A stretch of 64,000 nucleotides of DNA from an uncultured Gammaproteobacteria bacterium (GTDB lineage: Bacteria > Patescibacteriota > Patescibacteriia > Patescibacteriales > WJLG01). The position numbers and the translations under genes were made by a program. The notes below the pieces were generated by a model. That model saw nothing but the letters and a program-made list of their open reading frames with translations, did not search any database and was not told the DNA's origin. Below are positions 45,064-53,865 of this stretch, piece by piece. Location of the stretch: contig CAZJPG010000006.1 of NCBI GenBank assembly GCA_964547855.1, positions 1,660 through 65,659 on the forward strand. The letters are read 5' to 3'. Within the stretch, counting starts at the first letter, position 1; every line of letters starts with the position of its first letter.

Positions 45064-48000
45064 ATGACAAGGGGGAGTGAAAAAGTAACGCGAAAGGTTT
45101 TTGCTTTATTGTTCCTGTCTTTTGTTTTTCTTTTCTTGCCGTGTTTGTTTTCCGTTCACACGGCCTTTTCTCAAACCGGCGACGCCATCGCCGTCCGCGT
45201 TCTGCCTAATCCGGAGCACTATTCTCCGATGACTTGGTACCAGAAGCAAGGATTCAAAGGTAGTCCAATACCGATAAAGGTAGATGGCTACGAGGCCGTC
45301 CGTGACGGCCGCACCGTCTACGTCAATGTGGCCAATGTTGCCGGCAGCGATCTCTACACGAACATCTATTTGATCTCATATAATCAGGACGCTACTCCTG
45401 AGACTTTGTCTATATTCGATAATATATTGTCCAAATGGCGTTTTAACAGCAATTTGACCACTCCAGGAAAATGTTCCGACGAGGTTAACGGTACGGCTAG
45501 TGATGCCAAGACCTGTCTTGCCGATTCAGATTGTCCAAGCGGATTATTCTGCGACAGCGAGAAGGCCAGATTGGTACGCGATATCAAGCGTTTAGGCGAC
45601 GTCGTCGATCTTCGCGAAAAAGTGGAGGAGTATGCCAAGAAATATGGTAAATACCCGGTTTTGTCAGCTGGTACATATCTTCCTGGTATAACTGTCTCGA
45701 CTTGGCCATCATGGAACACTGAATTGGCCAATGCCCTAGGAACGCAACCTCCGATCGATCCGGTCAACAAACTCGGCAAGTGCGATTCTAGTTATGATCC
45801 GACTACTTGCTGGAACGATCAAGCCAAGAGTTTTGCCGACTCCGACCCAATAGACCCGTCGATCAACCTGCCGGCATCCAGCAGTGCTTTCATATATCAA
45901 GTACTCGACAATGGCGAGAGCTACAATGCTTGCGCCTATATGGAGTCAGGACTATTGGTTGATGGCTCTCTTGGAGCCTGTCGCGGCAGCTACAATGCCA
46001 ATCAGCCTCCGACCGTGGATTGCGGCAGTTTGATGGCCATCGTCGGTCAGCCGTTCGAGGGATATATTACTGCTCATGACGTCGATGACGCCAATGTCAC
46101 TCTCGTGGTCATGTCATACCCGACTTCATTCTCGATCGAATCGGCTGGAAGCAATGCGTCCAAACATATCTATTCTTCATCCGTTTCTGCTCCTGGAACA
46201 TATACATTCTCTGGTTATGCCATCGACGAACATAGCAATTATGGATTCTTCAATTGTTCGGTCAATGCCCAGGACGAGGCTTTCATTACCTACCCAGTGG
46301 CTAATCAGCGCGTATTGGTCGGCAAGCCGATCAACTTTTCCGTCTATGTGAACCATTCTGAGGATGATTACAGTGGATTGTCATATAATTTTTCCGAGGA
46401 CCTTAGTCGTCGTTCTATATCCTGCAACAGTGGTACTCCGATCAGACTAAGCGATGGTCGCTACAAGTGCGACATATCTTTCACTTTAACCTCGCCTTCG
46501 ACCCTTGGCTTCACGGTCAATGCCACGAATGGCTCTGGTGATACTTCCACCTCGCAGCATTTCACCGTCGAGGCCTACAACAACCCGCCAGTGATGAACG
46601 CTCTCAAGTGCGACAATCTGGTTCGCGTCAGCCGCTACCCCAGTGGCGGGGCTCCTGGGCATTACGACTATTCCTGCAAACTGTCAGCCGTCGATCCGGA
46701 CGGACATCGCATATCCTCATTCCATGTTGATCCGACGCCTCCCGGCATGACCGTCTATCTCAACCCCGACGGAACCGGTTCATTGGCCGGCTTCCCTAGC
46801 ACTATCTCGACCGCCGGCAATTACAAGATATCGATATCGGCCACCGACGAATTCGGTGCTACCGGCGACTCTGTCACCCTACCGCTCAAAATCGCCGATT
46901 TTTGCGGCGACGAGCAGAAACAGACCCCTAATATGGAAGGCAAGGGAGGGCCGCGCGACGATGGTTTCGAGGACTGCGACGACCACAACGGCACGCCTTG
47001 GCCATATCAATCCAACATCTCTTGGCAATATGGCTGCAACTCTTCGACCTGCACCTCGCTCCATGACGGTTGGTGCGGAGACGAGGTGGCGCAGGACGGC
47101 TTGTCGTCATTGCTAGGAGTAGAGGAGTCAGAGATTGTCGATGGAACGAACAGAATCTACACTCACTACCCAGCTAATTACGGAGAGCAGTGCGATGATG
47201 GCAACAATATCAATGGCGATGGTTGCAACACTTATGTCTCGGGAGTAGCTTCTTGTAAATGGCAGTGCGGAGATGGCACGACGAATGATGGCTTGCATAC
47301 TTATTTTCCTGAAGGCTTTGAAAACATCGATTTACCCCTTTGGGGCAGAAAAACCTATTACCACTCAGTAGACACTTCCAATAATTCGGTCGGCCAAGTG
47401 GAAGAGTGTGATGATGGCAATACGATCGATGGTGATGGTTGTAATACGTTTTCGGCCAATTGTCGTTTTGTCTGTGGTGATGGTCGCTTGAATACCGACA
47501 AAGACGAACAATGCGAAGTCGTACGTAGAGATGCCAATACCGCCGAAGAATTGGATGGCAGGACATGTAAAAATTTTTACGGACCAATTTCCGGAAGGGC
47601 TTGGGAAGGCGGAAGCTTGCATTGCACAGCTTCAAGTTGTAGATATGACACCGGTCATTGTGTTTATTACGACGATGTTAGTGGGCATGTCGGGCAAGCC
47701 TTGAATGGATCGCCAGCTAGGAATGTTTTAGTATCTATCACTTATGACGGCGTAACGTACTCCGCTCAATCGGACGCTAACGGATATTTTACTATTAAAA
47801 ATGTCCCACATCGCGCACCAACTACTCACACAATAGTAACTTCCGGCGGCGATTGTTCTTATGCGGACAGATCGAAAAGTGGCACCACTAATTGTTTAGG
47901 TACAAGTGAAACAAGGGTCATGAACGGTCCGATCACTTATAATCCTTCTGGTGGTCCTAATATTGAGCTTTATGTGTTTCCAAGCGATTGGTCTGGGCAA

Positions 48001-49182
48001 TATGCCTTTGTTTTGAGTTGGAACGGACCAAAAGACCTTGATGCTCACTTAAAATATGGCTCCAATCACGTTTATTACCAAGCCAGAACAGCGCCGGGTG
48101 CATCCTTGGACTGGGATGACCTAACCACTAATGGACACGAAGTTATTTCACTCTCTAGTTGGGAAGTCGGTCAAGATTATTATTTGTATGTCCATAATTA
48201 CGGACATGAGTTTAGTGGCGGAGGTGCATTCAATAACCAAGTCAATGTTAAATATTTCAATCGAACCGGCAGTGGGACGTATTTAATAGGACAGAGTAAT
48301 TATGGTTGCTCTAATACCTCGCAGAATTATTGGGAAACTTTAGCTTTTACTGGTATGGCTGGGACCATACAACCGATCACACAGATAGGTTCTTGTGGAG
48401 ACGGTACTACGGTCACCATTACTGGAACGGTGATAAATGCTCTAACTGGAGATGTTATTTCTGGAGCAAAGGCATCACTCGAATACACTAATAAGGAGGG
48501 TAAGAATTACGAGGCTTTTTCCGATGCAAATGGTGTTTTCACGATCGCTAATATTCCGAACCGTGATTTAATAGGTGTGACGAAAAAAATGGTTGTATCG
48601 GCAACTGGCTTTAGGGATACTTCCGAGGACTTAAGTCTGTCTGTCTCAGGACCAAACAAGGAATATTATTTATTCCCCAGTGGCTGGAATGGACAATTCG
48701 CCATTGTTTTAAATTGGAACACACCACCTCTAGACCTTGATGCGCATCTTAAATTCAGCACCTGCGACATTAGTTATAGCAATAAGGGGGTGATGTGCTC
48801 TGGTCTAATGCTTGACCGAGATGACCAAAACTCAACTTCACAAACGCCACCTGACAACAATCTAAACAAGGGGCAAGAGACTATAAGTATGTACACTACT
48901 TATGTCGCTCCTGGTGGTGAAGCTCTGAATTTATACAATTACTACGTCTATAATTATAGTGGTGGAACCTTTCCAAATACAGCTACTGTCAGGCTATTCT
49001 ACCTGAATAATCTTGGTAAGGCTGAATTGCTTAGAGAGTGTAAGGCTTCTAATCATGCGGAAAGATACTGGAGTGTCTTTAAATTCTATGCCTCATTCGG
49101 TGAACCAAGTAATAGTTTTTATAACTTAACCGGACGAAATAGTATTATTTGTCAGGATGTTTATAGCTCGACCGTTCCTTGA
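45064..49182 (+). CDS. Giant secreted surface protein, paralog 1: shared N-terminal module, Ig/cadherin-like repeats, Cys-rich DDGN-GDGCN repeats, and two CarboxypepD_reg-like + DLDAHL modules
   Basis: 1372 aa with a signal/TM N-terminus. Repeats EQCDDGNNINGDGCN and EECDDGNTIDGDGCN (Myxococcus Cys-rich repeat type). Duplicated SDANG(Y/V)FTI(K/A)N(V/I)P and W(N)x(P)xDLDAHLK(Y/F) blocks. Confidence 0.8.
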   Translation: MTRGSEKVTRKVFALLFLSFVFLFLPCLFSVHTAFSQTGDAIAVRVLPNPEHYSPMTWYQKQGFKGSPIPIKVDGYEAVRDGRTVYVNVANVAGSDLYTNIYLISYNQDATPETLSIFDNILSKWRFNSNLTTPGKCSDEVNGTASDAKTCLADSDCPSGLFCDSEKARLVRDIKRLGDVVDLREKVEEYAKKYGKYPVLSAGTYLPGITVSTWPSWNTELANALGTQPPIDPVNKLGKCDSSYDPTTCWNDQAKSFADSDPIDPSINLPASSSAFIYQVLDNGESYNACAYMESGLLVDGSLGACRGSYNANQPPTVDCGSLMAIVGQPFEGYITAHDVDDANVTLVVMSYPTSFSIESAGSNASKHIYSSSVSAPGTYTFSGYAIDEHSNYGFFNCSVNAQDEAFITYPVANQRVLVGKPINFSVYVNHSEDDYSGLSYNFSEDLSRRSISCNSGTPIRLSDGRYKCDISFTLTSPSTLGFTVNATNGSGDTSTSQHFTVEAYNNPPVMNALKCDNLVRVSRYPSGGAPGHYDYSCKLSAVDPDGHRISSFHVDPTPPGMTVYLNPDGTGSLAGFPSTISTAGNYKISISATDEFGATGDSVTLPLKIADFCGDEQKQTPNMEGKGGPRDDGFEDCDDHNGTPWPYQSNISWQYGCNSSTCTSLHDGWCGDEVAQDGLSSLLGVEESEIVDGTNRIYTHYPANYGEQCDDGNNINGDGCNTYVSGVASCKWQCGDGTTNDGLHTYFPEGFENIDLPLWGRKTYYHSVDTSNNSVGQVEECDDGNTIDGDGCNTFSANCRFVCGDGRLNTDKDEQCEVVRRDANTAEELDGRTCKNFYGPISGRAWEGGSLHCTASSCRYDTGHCVYYDDVSGHVGQALNGSPARNVLVSITYDGVTYSAQSDANGYFTIKNVPHRAPTTHTIVTSGGDCSYADRSKSGTTNCLGTSETRVMNGPITYNPSGGPNIELYVFPSDWSGQYAFVLSWNGPKDLDAHLKYGSNHVYYQARTAPGASLDWDDLTTNGHEVISLSSWEVGQDYYLYVHNYGHEFSGGGAFNNQVNVKYFNRTGSGTYLIGQSNYGCSNTSQNYWETLAFTGMAGTIQPITQIGSCGDGTTVTITGTVINALTGDVISGAKASLEYTNKEGKNYEAFSDANGVFTIANIPNRDLIGVTKKMVVSATGFRDTSEDLSLSVSGPNKEYYLFPSGWNGQFAIVLNWNTPPLDLDAHLKFSTCDISYSNKGVMCSGLMLDRDDQNSTSQTPPDNNLNKGQETISMYTTYVAPGGEALNLYNYYVYNYSGGTFPNTATVRLFYLNNLGKAELLRECKASNHAERYWSVFKFYASFGEPSNSFYNLTGRNSIICQDVYSSTVP
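45170..47094 (+). repeat. Paralogous 1.9 kb block, copy 1
   Basis: Collinear with 49925-51849 at a constant +4755 offset. 45170-46445 shows no differences that I can find. Confidence 0.85.
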
Positions 49183-49203
49183 TTTATTTAAAACAATAAA
49201 AAT

Positions 49204-49746
49204 ATGGAAAATCAATACAATCTTCCAGAAAAAACAACACCTAAACAGAGCTTATTTATTTGGGTTTCAGCCGTTGTTGTATTACTTGTCGTTGTTTTTT
49301 TCATAGCTCTTAGCATTGGCTTGAAGTTAGGAGCTTCAAAAAATCAAAAAGAGGCTGGTAATCAGCCAGCAAACAAAAATGGGGTGGATCAAGCGATCGA
49401 AAACGTTGTTATCCCTGGTAACAACAATGGCGATAGCAATGCTATGGGCCATGATGCCTCCGGAAACGAATCTGAAGCTACGTTAGACGAAAGAAAAAGT
49501 TTGGGCGTTTTAGATTTTCAAAAAATAAAAGTCATACGACGCAATGATCAGGGAAAGATTTTATCATATACCATAGAACTTGATTCAAAAGATTCTGATA
49601 ACGACGGCATACCAGACGAAAAAGAACTTGAATATGGTACAGACCCAAATAAAGTCGATACAGACGGCGATGGGATCTCGGATTATCAAGAGTTGACCAT
49701 GAAAACTGATCCAAAAGTTAAAAACGACTTCGAAATAAAAAAATAA
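49204..49746 (+). CDS. Small membrane-anchored protein with thrombospondin type-3-like Ca-binding repeats
   Basis: TM helix, then DSDNDGIPDEKELEYGTDPNKVDTDGDGISDYQE (DxDxDG repeats). Confidence 0.6.
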   Translation: MENQYNLPEKTTPKQSLFIWVSAVVVLLVVVFFIALSIGLKLGASKNQKEAGNQPANKNGVDQAIENVVIPGNNNGDSNAMGHDASGNESEATLDERKSLGVLDFQKIKVIRRNDQGKILSYTIELDSKDSDNDGIPDEKELEYGTDPNKVDTDGDGISDYQELTMKTDPKVKNDFEIKK

Positions 49747-49827
49747 TTTTTCGATTCGACGTTTTTTGTGTTATAATATGAGTTGCGAACGATAGATACG
49801 AATTTTTGCTTTTAACAAAAATAAAAT

Positions 49828-52800
49828 ATGAATAAGGGTTCTCGATTTCTGCTAAGAATATCCCTCGTCTTTTTGATCGTTGGGATGTTTGTGTTTTTTG
49901 GAAACACCCCTTGGCAAGCTCAAGCTCAAACCGGCGACGCCATCGCCGTCCGCGTTCTGCCTAATCCGGAGCACTATTCTCCGATGACTTGGTACCAGAA
50001 GCAAGGATTCAAAGGTAGTCCAATACCGATAAAGGTAGATGGCTACGAGGCCGTCCGTGACGGCCGCACCGTCTACGTCAATGTGGCCAATGTTGCCGGC
50101 AGCGATCTCTACACGAACATCTATTTGATCTCATATAATCAGGACGCTACTCCTGAGACTTTGTCTATATTCGATAATATATTGTCCAAATGGCGTTTTA
50201 ACAGCAATTTGACCACTCCAGGAAAATGTTCCGACGAGGTTAACGGTACGGCTAGTGATGCCAAGACCTGTCTTGCCGATTCAGATTGTCCAAGCGGATT
50301 ATTCTGCGACAGCGAGAAGGCCAGATTGGTACGCGATATCAAGCGTTTAGGCGACGTCGTCGATCTTCGCGAAAAAGTGGAGGAGTATGCCAAGAAATAT
50401 GGTAAATACCCGGTTTTGTCAGCTGGTACATATCTTCCTGGTATAACTGTCTCGACTTGGCCATCATGGAACACTGAATTGGCCAATGCCCTAGGAACGC
50501 AACCTCCGATCGATCCGGTCAACAAACTCGGCAAGTGCGATTCTAGTTATGATCCGACTACTTGCTGGAACGATCAAGCCAAGAGTTTTGCCGACTCCGA
50601 CCCAATAGACCCGTCGATCAACCTGCCGGCATCCAGCAGTGCTTTCATATATCAAGTACTCGACAATGGCGAGAGCTACAATGCTTGCGCCTATATGGAG
50701 TCAGGACTATTGGTTGATGGCTCTCTTGGAGCCTGTCGCGGCAGCTACAATGCCAATCAGCCTCCGACCGTGGATTGCGGCAGTTTGATGGCCATCGTCG
50801 GTCAGCCGTTCGAGGGATATATTACTGCTCATGACGTCGATGACGCCAATGTCACTCTCGTGGTCATGTCATACCCGACTTCATTCTCGATCGAATCGGC
50901 TGGAAGCAATGCGTCCAAACATATCTATTCTTCATCCGTTTCTGCTCCTGGAACATATACATTCTCTGGTTATGCCATCGACGAACATAGCAATTATGGA
51001 TTCTTCAATTGTTCGGTCAATGCCCAGGACGAGGCTTTCATTACCTACCCAGTGGCTAATCAGCGCGTATTGGTCGGCAAGCCGATCAACTTTTCCGTCT
51101 ATGTGAACCATTCTGAGGATGATTACAGTGGATTGTCATATAATTTTTCCGAGGACCTTAGTCGTCGTTCTATATCCTGCAACAGTGGTACTCCGATCAG
51201 GCTGAGCGATGGTCGCTACAAGTGCGACATATCCTTCACTTTAACTTCGCCTTCGACCCTTGGCTTCACGGTCAATGCCACGAATAGCTCTGGTGATACT
51301 TCCACCTCGCAGCATTTCACCGTCGAGGCCTACAACAATCCGCCGGTCATGAATACGCTCAAATGCGACAACGTGGTACGTGTCAGTCGCTATCCTAGCG
51401 GCGGCGCCCCTGGTCACTATGACTATACTTGCAAACTATCGGCCGTCGATCCTGATGGGCATCGAATATCTTCATACCACGTCGATCCAGTTCCTCCTGG
51501 CATGACGGTCTATACCAATCCTGACGGGACTGGGTCTTTGGCTGGTTTCCCCAGTACTATCTCTACCGTCGGAAGCTACAAAATATCCATAGCGGCCACC
51601 GACGAATTTGGTGCTACCGGCAACTCTGTCACCCTACCGCTCAAGATCGCTGATTTTTGTGGCGATGAACAAAAACAGACCCCTAATATGGAAGGCAAGG
51701 GAGGGCCGCGCGACGATGGCTTTGAGGATTGCGACGACCACAACGGCACGCCTTGGCCTTATCAATCCAACATATCTTGGCAGTATGGCTGCAACTCTTC
51801 GACCTGCACCTCGCTTCATGATGGTTGGTGCGGAGATGAAGTGGCGCAAACTAAATATGGAGAGCAATGTGATGACGGAAACGACACTCCTGGAGATGGT
51901 TGTAATACATTTAAAAATGGAGCTCCAGTTTGTCAATGGGAATGTGGCGACAATACTGTGACGCCAAGCTATCGTCGTCACGACGGCGCTTCAGAGTATG
52001 ATGTTACCGAACAATGTGATTTTGGTGCTAATCCTGATGGAACAAATAAAAACACAAATTGCTGCTCCGATTGTCATTGGACCACTGGTCCAACTAGATG
52101 GGTGGACGTACCTAATAGCTCTTCTTTGTCTAATGGTGGAACCATGACAGTAAATATACCTTCTTGCCGCGGTGTCGTTGGAGGAGTCTTTGACGCGACC
52201 CCTAGACCCTATGGTTCAGCTCTTGATCCTCAGGCTGGAACAGCTATTGTTTTTATTACGGATATTTCCGGTAGCATGTTCGATACTACTTATGAATCAG
52301 CTAAACAAACAATGCTTTCGAGCGTAAATAAATTTTACAACGAAGCTAACTCTAAAAATGTAAACATTCACATAGGAACTATAACCACTTACTTAAATAA
52401 AGTCGACAAGATAGTTCCTTTAGGTAATTTGCTCGATAAATACGGAGGAGACGCGCAAAAAGTTAGCTTAGACAATAGCATCAATACTTATGCCACGATG
52501 GGGGATAGCCCGAATTTTGCCGCTTCCTATAATCAAGCAGCTAACATGCTTAACAGTTATTCTTTTGCTGCCCCAGATGAAAAATATATAATAATATTGA
52601 CTGACGGTTATCCAACTGGCGGAGGTGCGGAGTCAACAGCTGCTAAGAATGCTGGAATAAAGATCTATAACATAGCTTTCTCTAATTGGGTCGATACCTG
52701 GGCTACGAATGGTGGCGGTTGTTCTTGCAGCTATGGAGTTTGTTATGTTTGTAGAAATTTAAGGTCTATGTGCGATAATTCCAGCGACAATGGAAATACC

Positions 52801-53130
52801 TCTGTTTGCTACACTGACGCCTACACTCGCCGCAAAATGTCAGCTTCAACTGACCCTAGCGTTGTTCTTAACGAGCTAAATGTCATATATGATAGCATTA
52901 TTCAACAAATTTTAAGTCGTGTCCCAACGAATATAAAATACACTGTTAACGGTGTCACACAAAATCTAACCACTTACACCAATATTCCTTTTACACCACC
53001 GAACAATTGCGATATATCAGGACAAACTCCTTGTAATCCGTCTTATTTCAATTTAAGCACTTCTTTCACAGGCACGGGCGAAGTGGAATTTAATAACTTC
53101 AAATTAAACATAATCCCACTTTGCGAATAG
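49828..53130 (+). CDS. Giant secreted surface protein, paralog 2: shared N-terminal module, one Cys-rich repeat, and a vWA domain
   Basis: 1100 aa. Identical or near-identical to paralog 1 through ...HDGWCGDEVAQ. Then EQCDDGNDTPGDGCN, and a vWA-like AIVFITDISGSM...IIILTDGYPTGG (52240-52700). Confidence 0.8.
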   Translation: MNKGSRFLLRISLVFLIVGMFVFFGNTPWQAQAQTGDAIAVRVLPNPEHYSPMTWYQKQGFKGSPIPIKVDGYEAVRDGRTVYVNVANVAGSDLYTNIYLISYNQDATPETLSIFDNILSKWRFNSNLTTPGKCSDEVNGTASDAKTCLADSDCPSGLFCDSEKARLVRDIKRLGDVVDLREKVEEYAKKYGKYPVLSAGTYLPGITVSTWPSWNTELANALGTQPPIDPVNKLGKCDSSYDPTTCWNDQAKSFADSDPIDPSINLPASSSAFIYQVLDNGESYNACAYMESGLLVDGSLGACRGSYNANQPPTVDCGSLMAIVGQPFEGYITAHDVDDANVTLVVMSYPTSFSIESAGSNASKHIYSSSVSAPGTYTFSGYAIDEHSNYGFFNCSVNAQDEAFITYPVANQRVLVGKPINFSVYVNHSEDDYSGLSYNFSEDLSRRSISCNSGTPIRLSDGRYKCDISFTLTSPSTLGFTVNATNSSGDTSTSQHFTVEAYNNPPVMNTLKCDNVVRVSRYPSGGAPGHYDYTCKLSAVDPDGHRISSYHVDPVPPGMTVYTNPDGTGSLAGFPSTISTVGSYKISIAATDEFGATGNSVTLPLKIADFCGDEQKQTPNMEGKGGPRDDGFEDCDDHNGTPWPYQSNISWQYGCNSSTCTSLHDGWCGDEVAQTKYGEQCDDGNDTPGDGCNTFKNGAPVCQWECGDNTVTPSYRRHDGASEYDVTEQCDFGANPDGTNKNTNCCSDCHWTTGPTRWVDVPNSSSLSNGGTMTVNIPSCRGVVGGVFDATPRPYGSALDPQAGTAIVFITDISGSMFDTTYESAKQTMLSSVNKFYNEANSKNVNIHIGTITTYLNKVDKIVPLGNLLDKYGGDAQKVSLDNSINTYATMGDSPNFAASYNQAANMLNSYSFAAPDEKYIIILTDGYPTGGGAESTAAKNAGIKIYNIAFSNWVDTWATNGGGCSCSYGVCYVCRNLRSMCDNSSDNGNTSVCYTDAYTRRKMSASTDPSVVLNELNVIYDSIIQQILSRVPTNIKYTVNGVTQNLTTYTNIPFTPPNNCDISGQTPCNPSYFNLSTSFTGTGEVEFNNFKLNIIPLCE
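49925..51849 (+). repeat. Paralogous 1.9 kb block, copy 2
   Basis: See copy 1. The identical shadow ORFs 50139-50534 and 50831-51106 mirror 45384-45779 and 46076-46351. Confidence 0.85.
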
Positions 53131-53150
53131 TGGATTAGTGGCCAAAAGAT

Positions 53151-53801
53151 ATGCAGGACAAGAAAATTTATTTAATACTTTTCCCCTCGATCTTGGTATT
53201 TCTTGCCATAATAGGTTTTTTGATCTTTTCAGGAGTAATGAAACCTAAGATTATTGAAAGCACCCAACCACCAGAAACAAAAACTGCCGAGAAAAAGATC
53301 ATCGAGGAACCGACATCGACTAAGCCGACATCACCTTCTGCTGGTGGTAGCGTAGTCAAGACAGCGATCGATTTGAAAAATTCATCAAAATGTCTTGAGC
53401 TGGGAAATGAACGACTTATTGCTGCTTGCGTGACTTCTATGGCACAAAATCTTAATGATACTTCTTTTTGTTCTGACATAAAAAACCAACTGGAAATGGT
53501 TAAGTGTGTCGATACCGTTTCTTTTGACAGGGCTGTTAAGGATGGTGAGGCTAGTAAATGTTCCAGCATCAAGGACGACGAACTTTCAGGGGCGTGCGTC
53601 AAGAATGTTATAAACGCGAACGGATTATCAGACTATAATTGCCAAAACCTACCAGAAAGAGAAAAGGCTTTTTGTTCTGAATATGTTTCATACCTTAATG
53701 ACGCCAAAATAGCTAAAAATGCCACAAAAGAAGAGGATTGTAACTTAATCAAAGGTGAGGTCGCTAAAACATATTGTCTTGACAAAGTTTTTGTAAAATG
53801 A
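53151..53801 (+). CDS. Small membrane-anchored protein with repeated Cys-pair motifs
   Basis: TM helix, a Pro/Thr linker, then about five repeats of Cxx(I/L)x7-10C(V/L) (SKCLELGNERLIAACV, SFCSDIKNQLEMVKCV, SKCSSIKDDELSGACV...). Confidence 0.55.
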   Translation: MQDKKIYLILFPSILVFLAIIGFLIFSGVMKPKIIESTQPPETKTAEKKIIEEPTSTKPTSPSAGGSVVKTAIDLKNSSKCLELGNERLIAACVTSMAQNLNDTSFCSDIKNQLEMVKCVDTVSFDRAVKDGEASKCSSIKDDELSGACVKNVINANGLSDYNCQNLPEREKAFCSEYVSYLNDAKIAKNATKEEDCNLIKGEVAKTYCLDKVFVK

Positions 53802-53865
53802 TTTATTGCTAATATTGAATCAAAAGCCGGTGACTAAAAATCGCCGGCTATTTTAAACTAAAATT

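Noticed and set aside
46446-47094. Possibility that the diverged part of the paralogous block is a diversity-generating retroelement template/variable repeat pair.
   Set aside because: The substitutions are a mix of transitions at all four bases (a>g, t>c, c>t) and mostly synonymous, not adenine-specific. No reverse transcriptase gene is in the window.
46856-47635. Alternative-frame and antisense ORFs inside the giant genes (46856-47116, 46879-47064, 46928-47110, 47210-47635, and the counterparts 51608-51981).
   Set aside because: They are Arg/Ala/Pro-rich shadow ORFs of the kind expected in a locally GC-rich coding region. They lie fully inside well-supported long ORFs.
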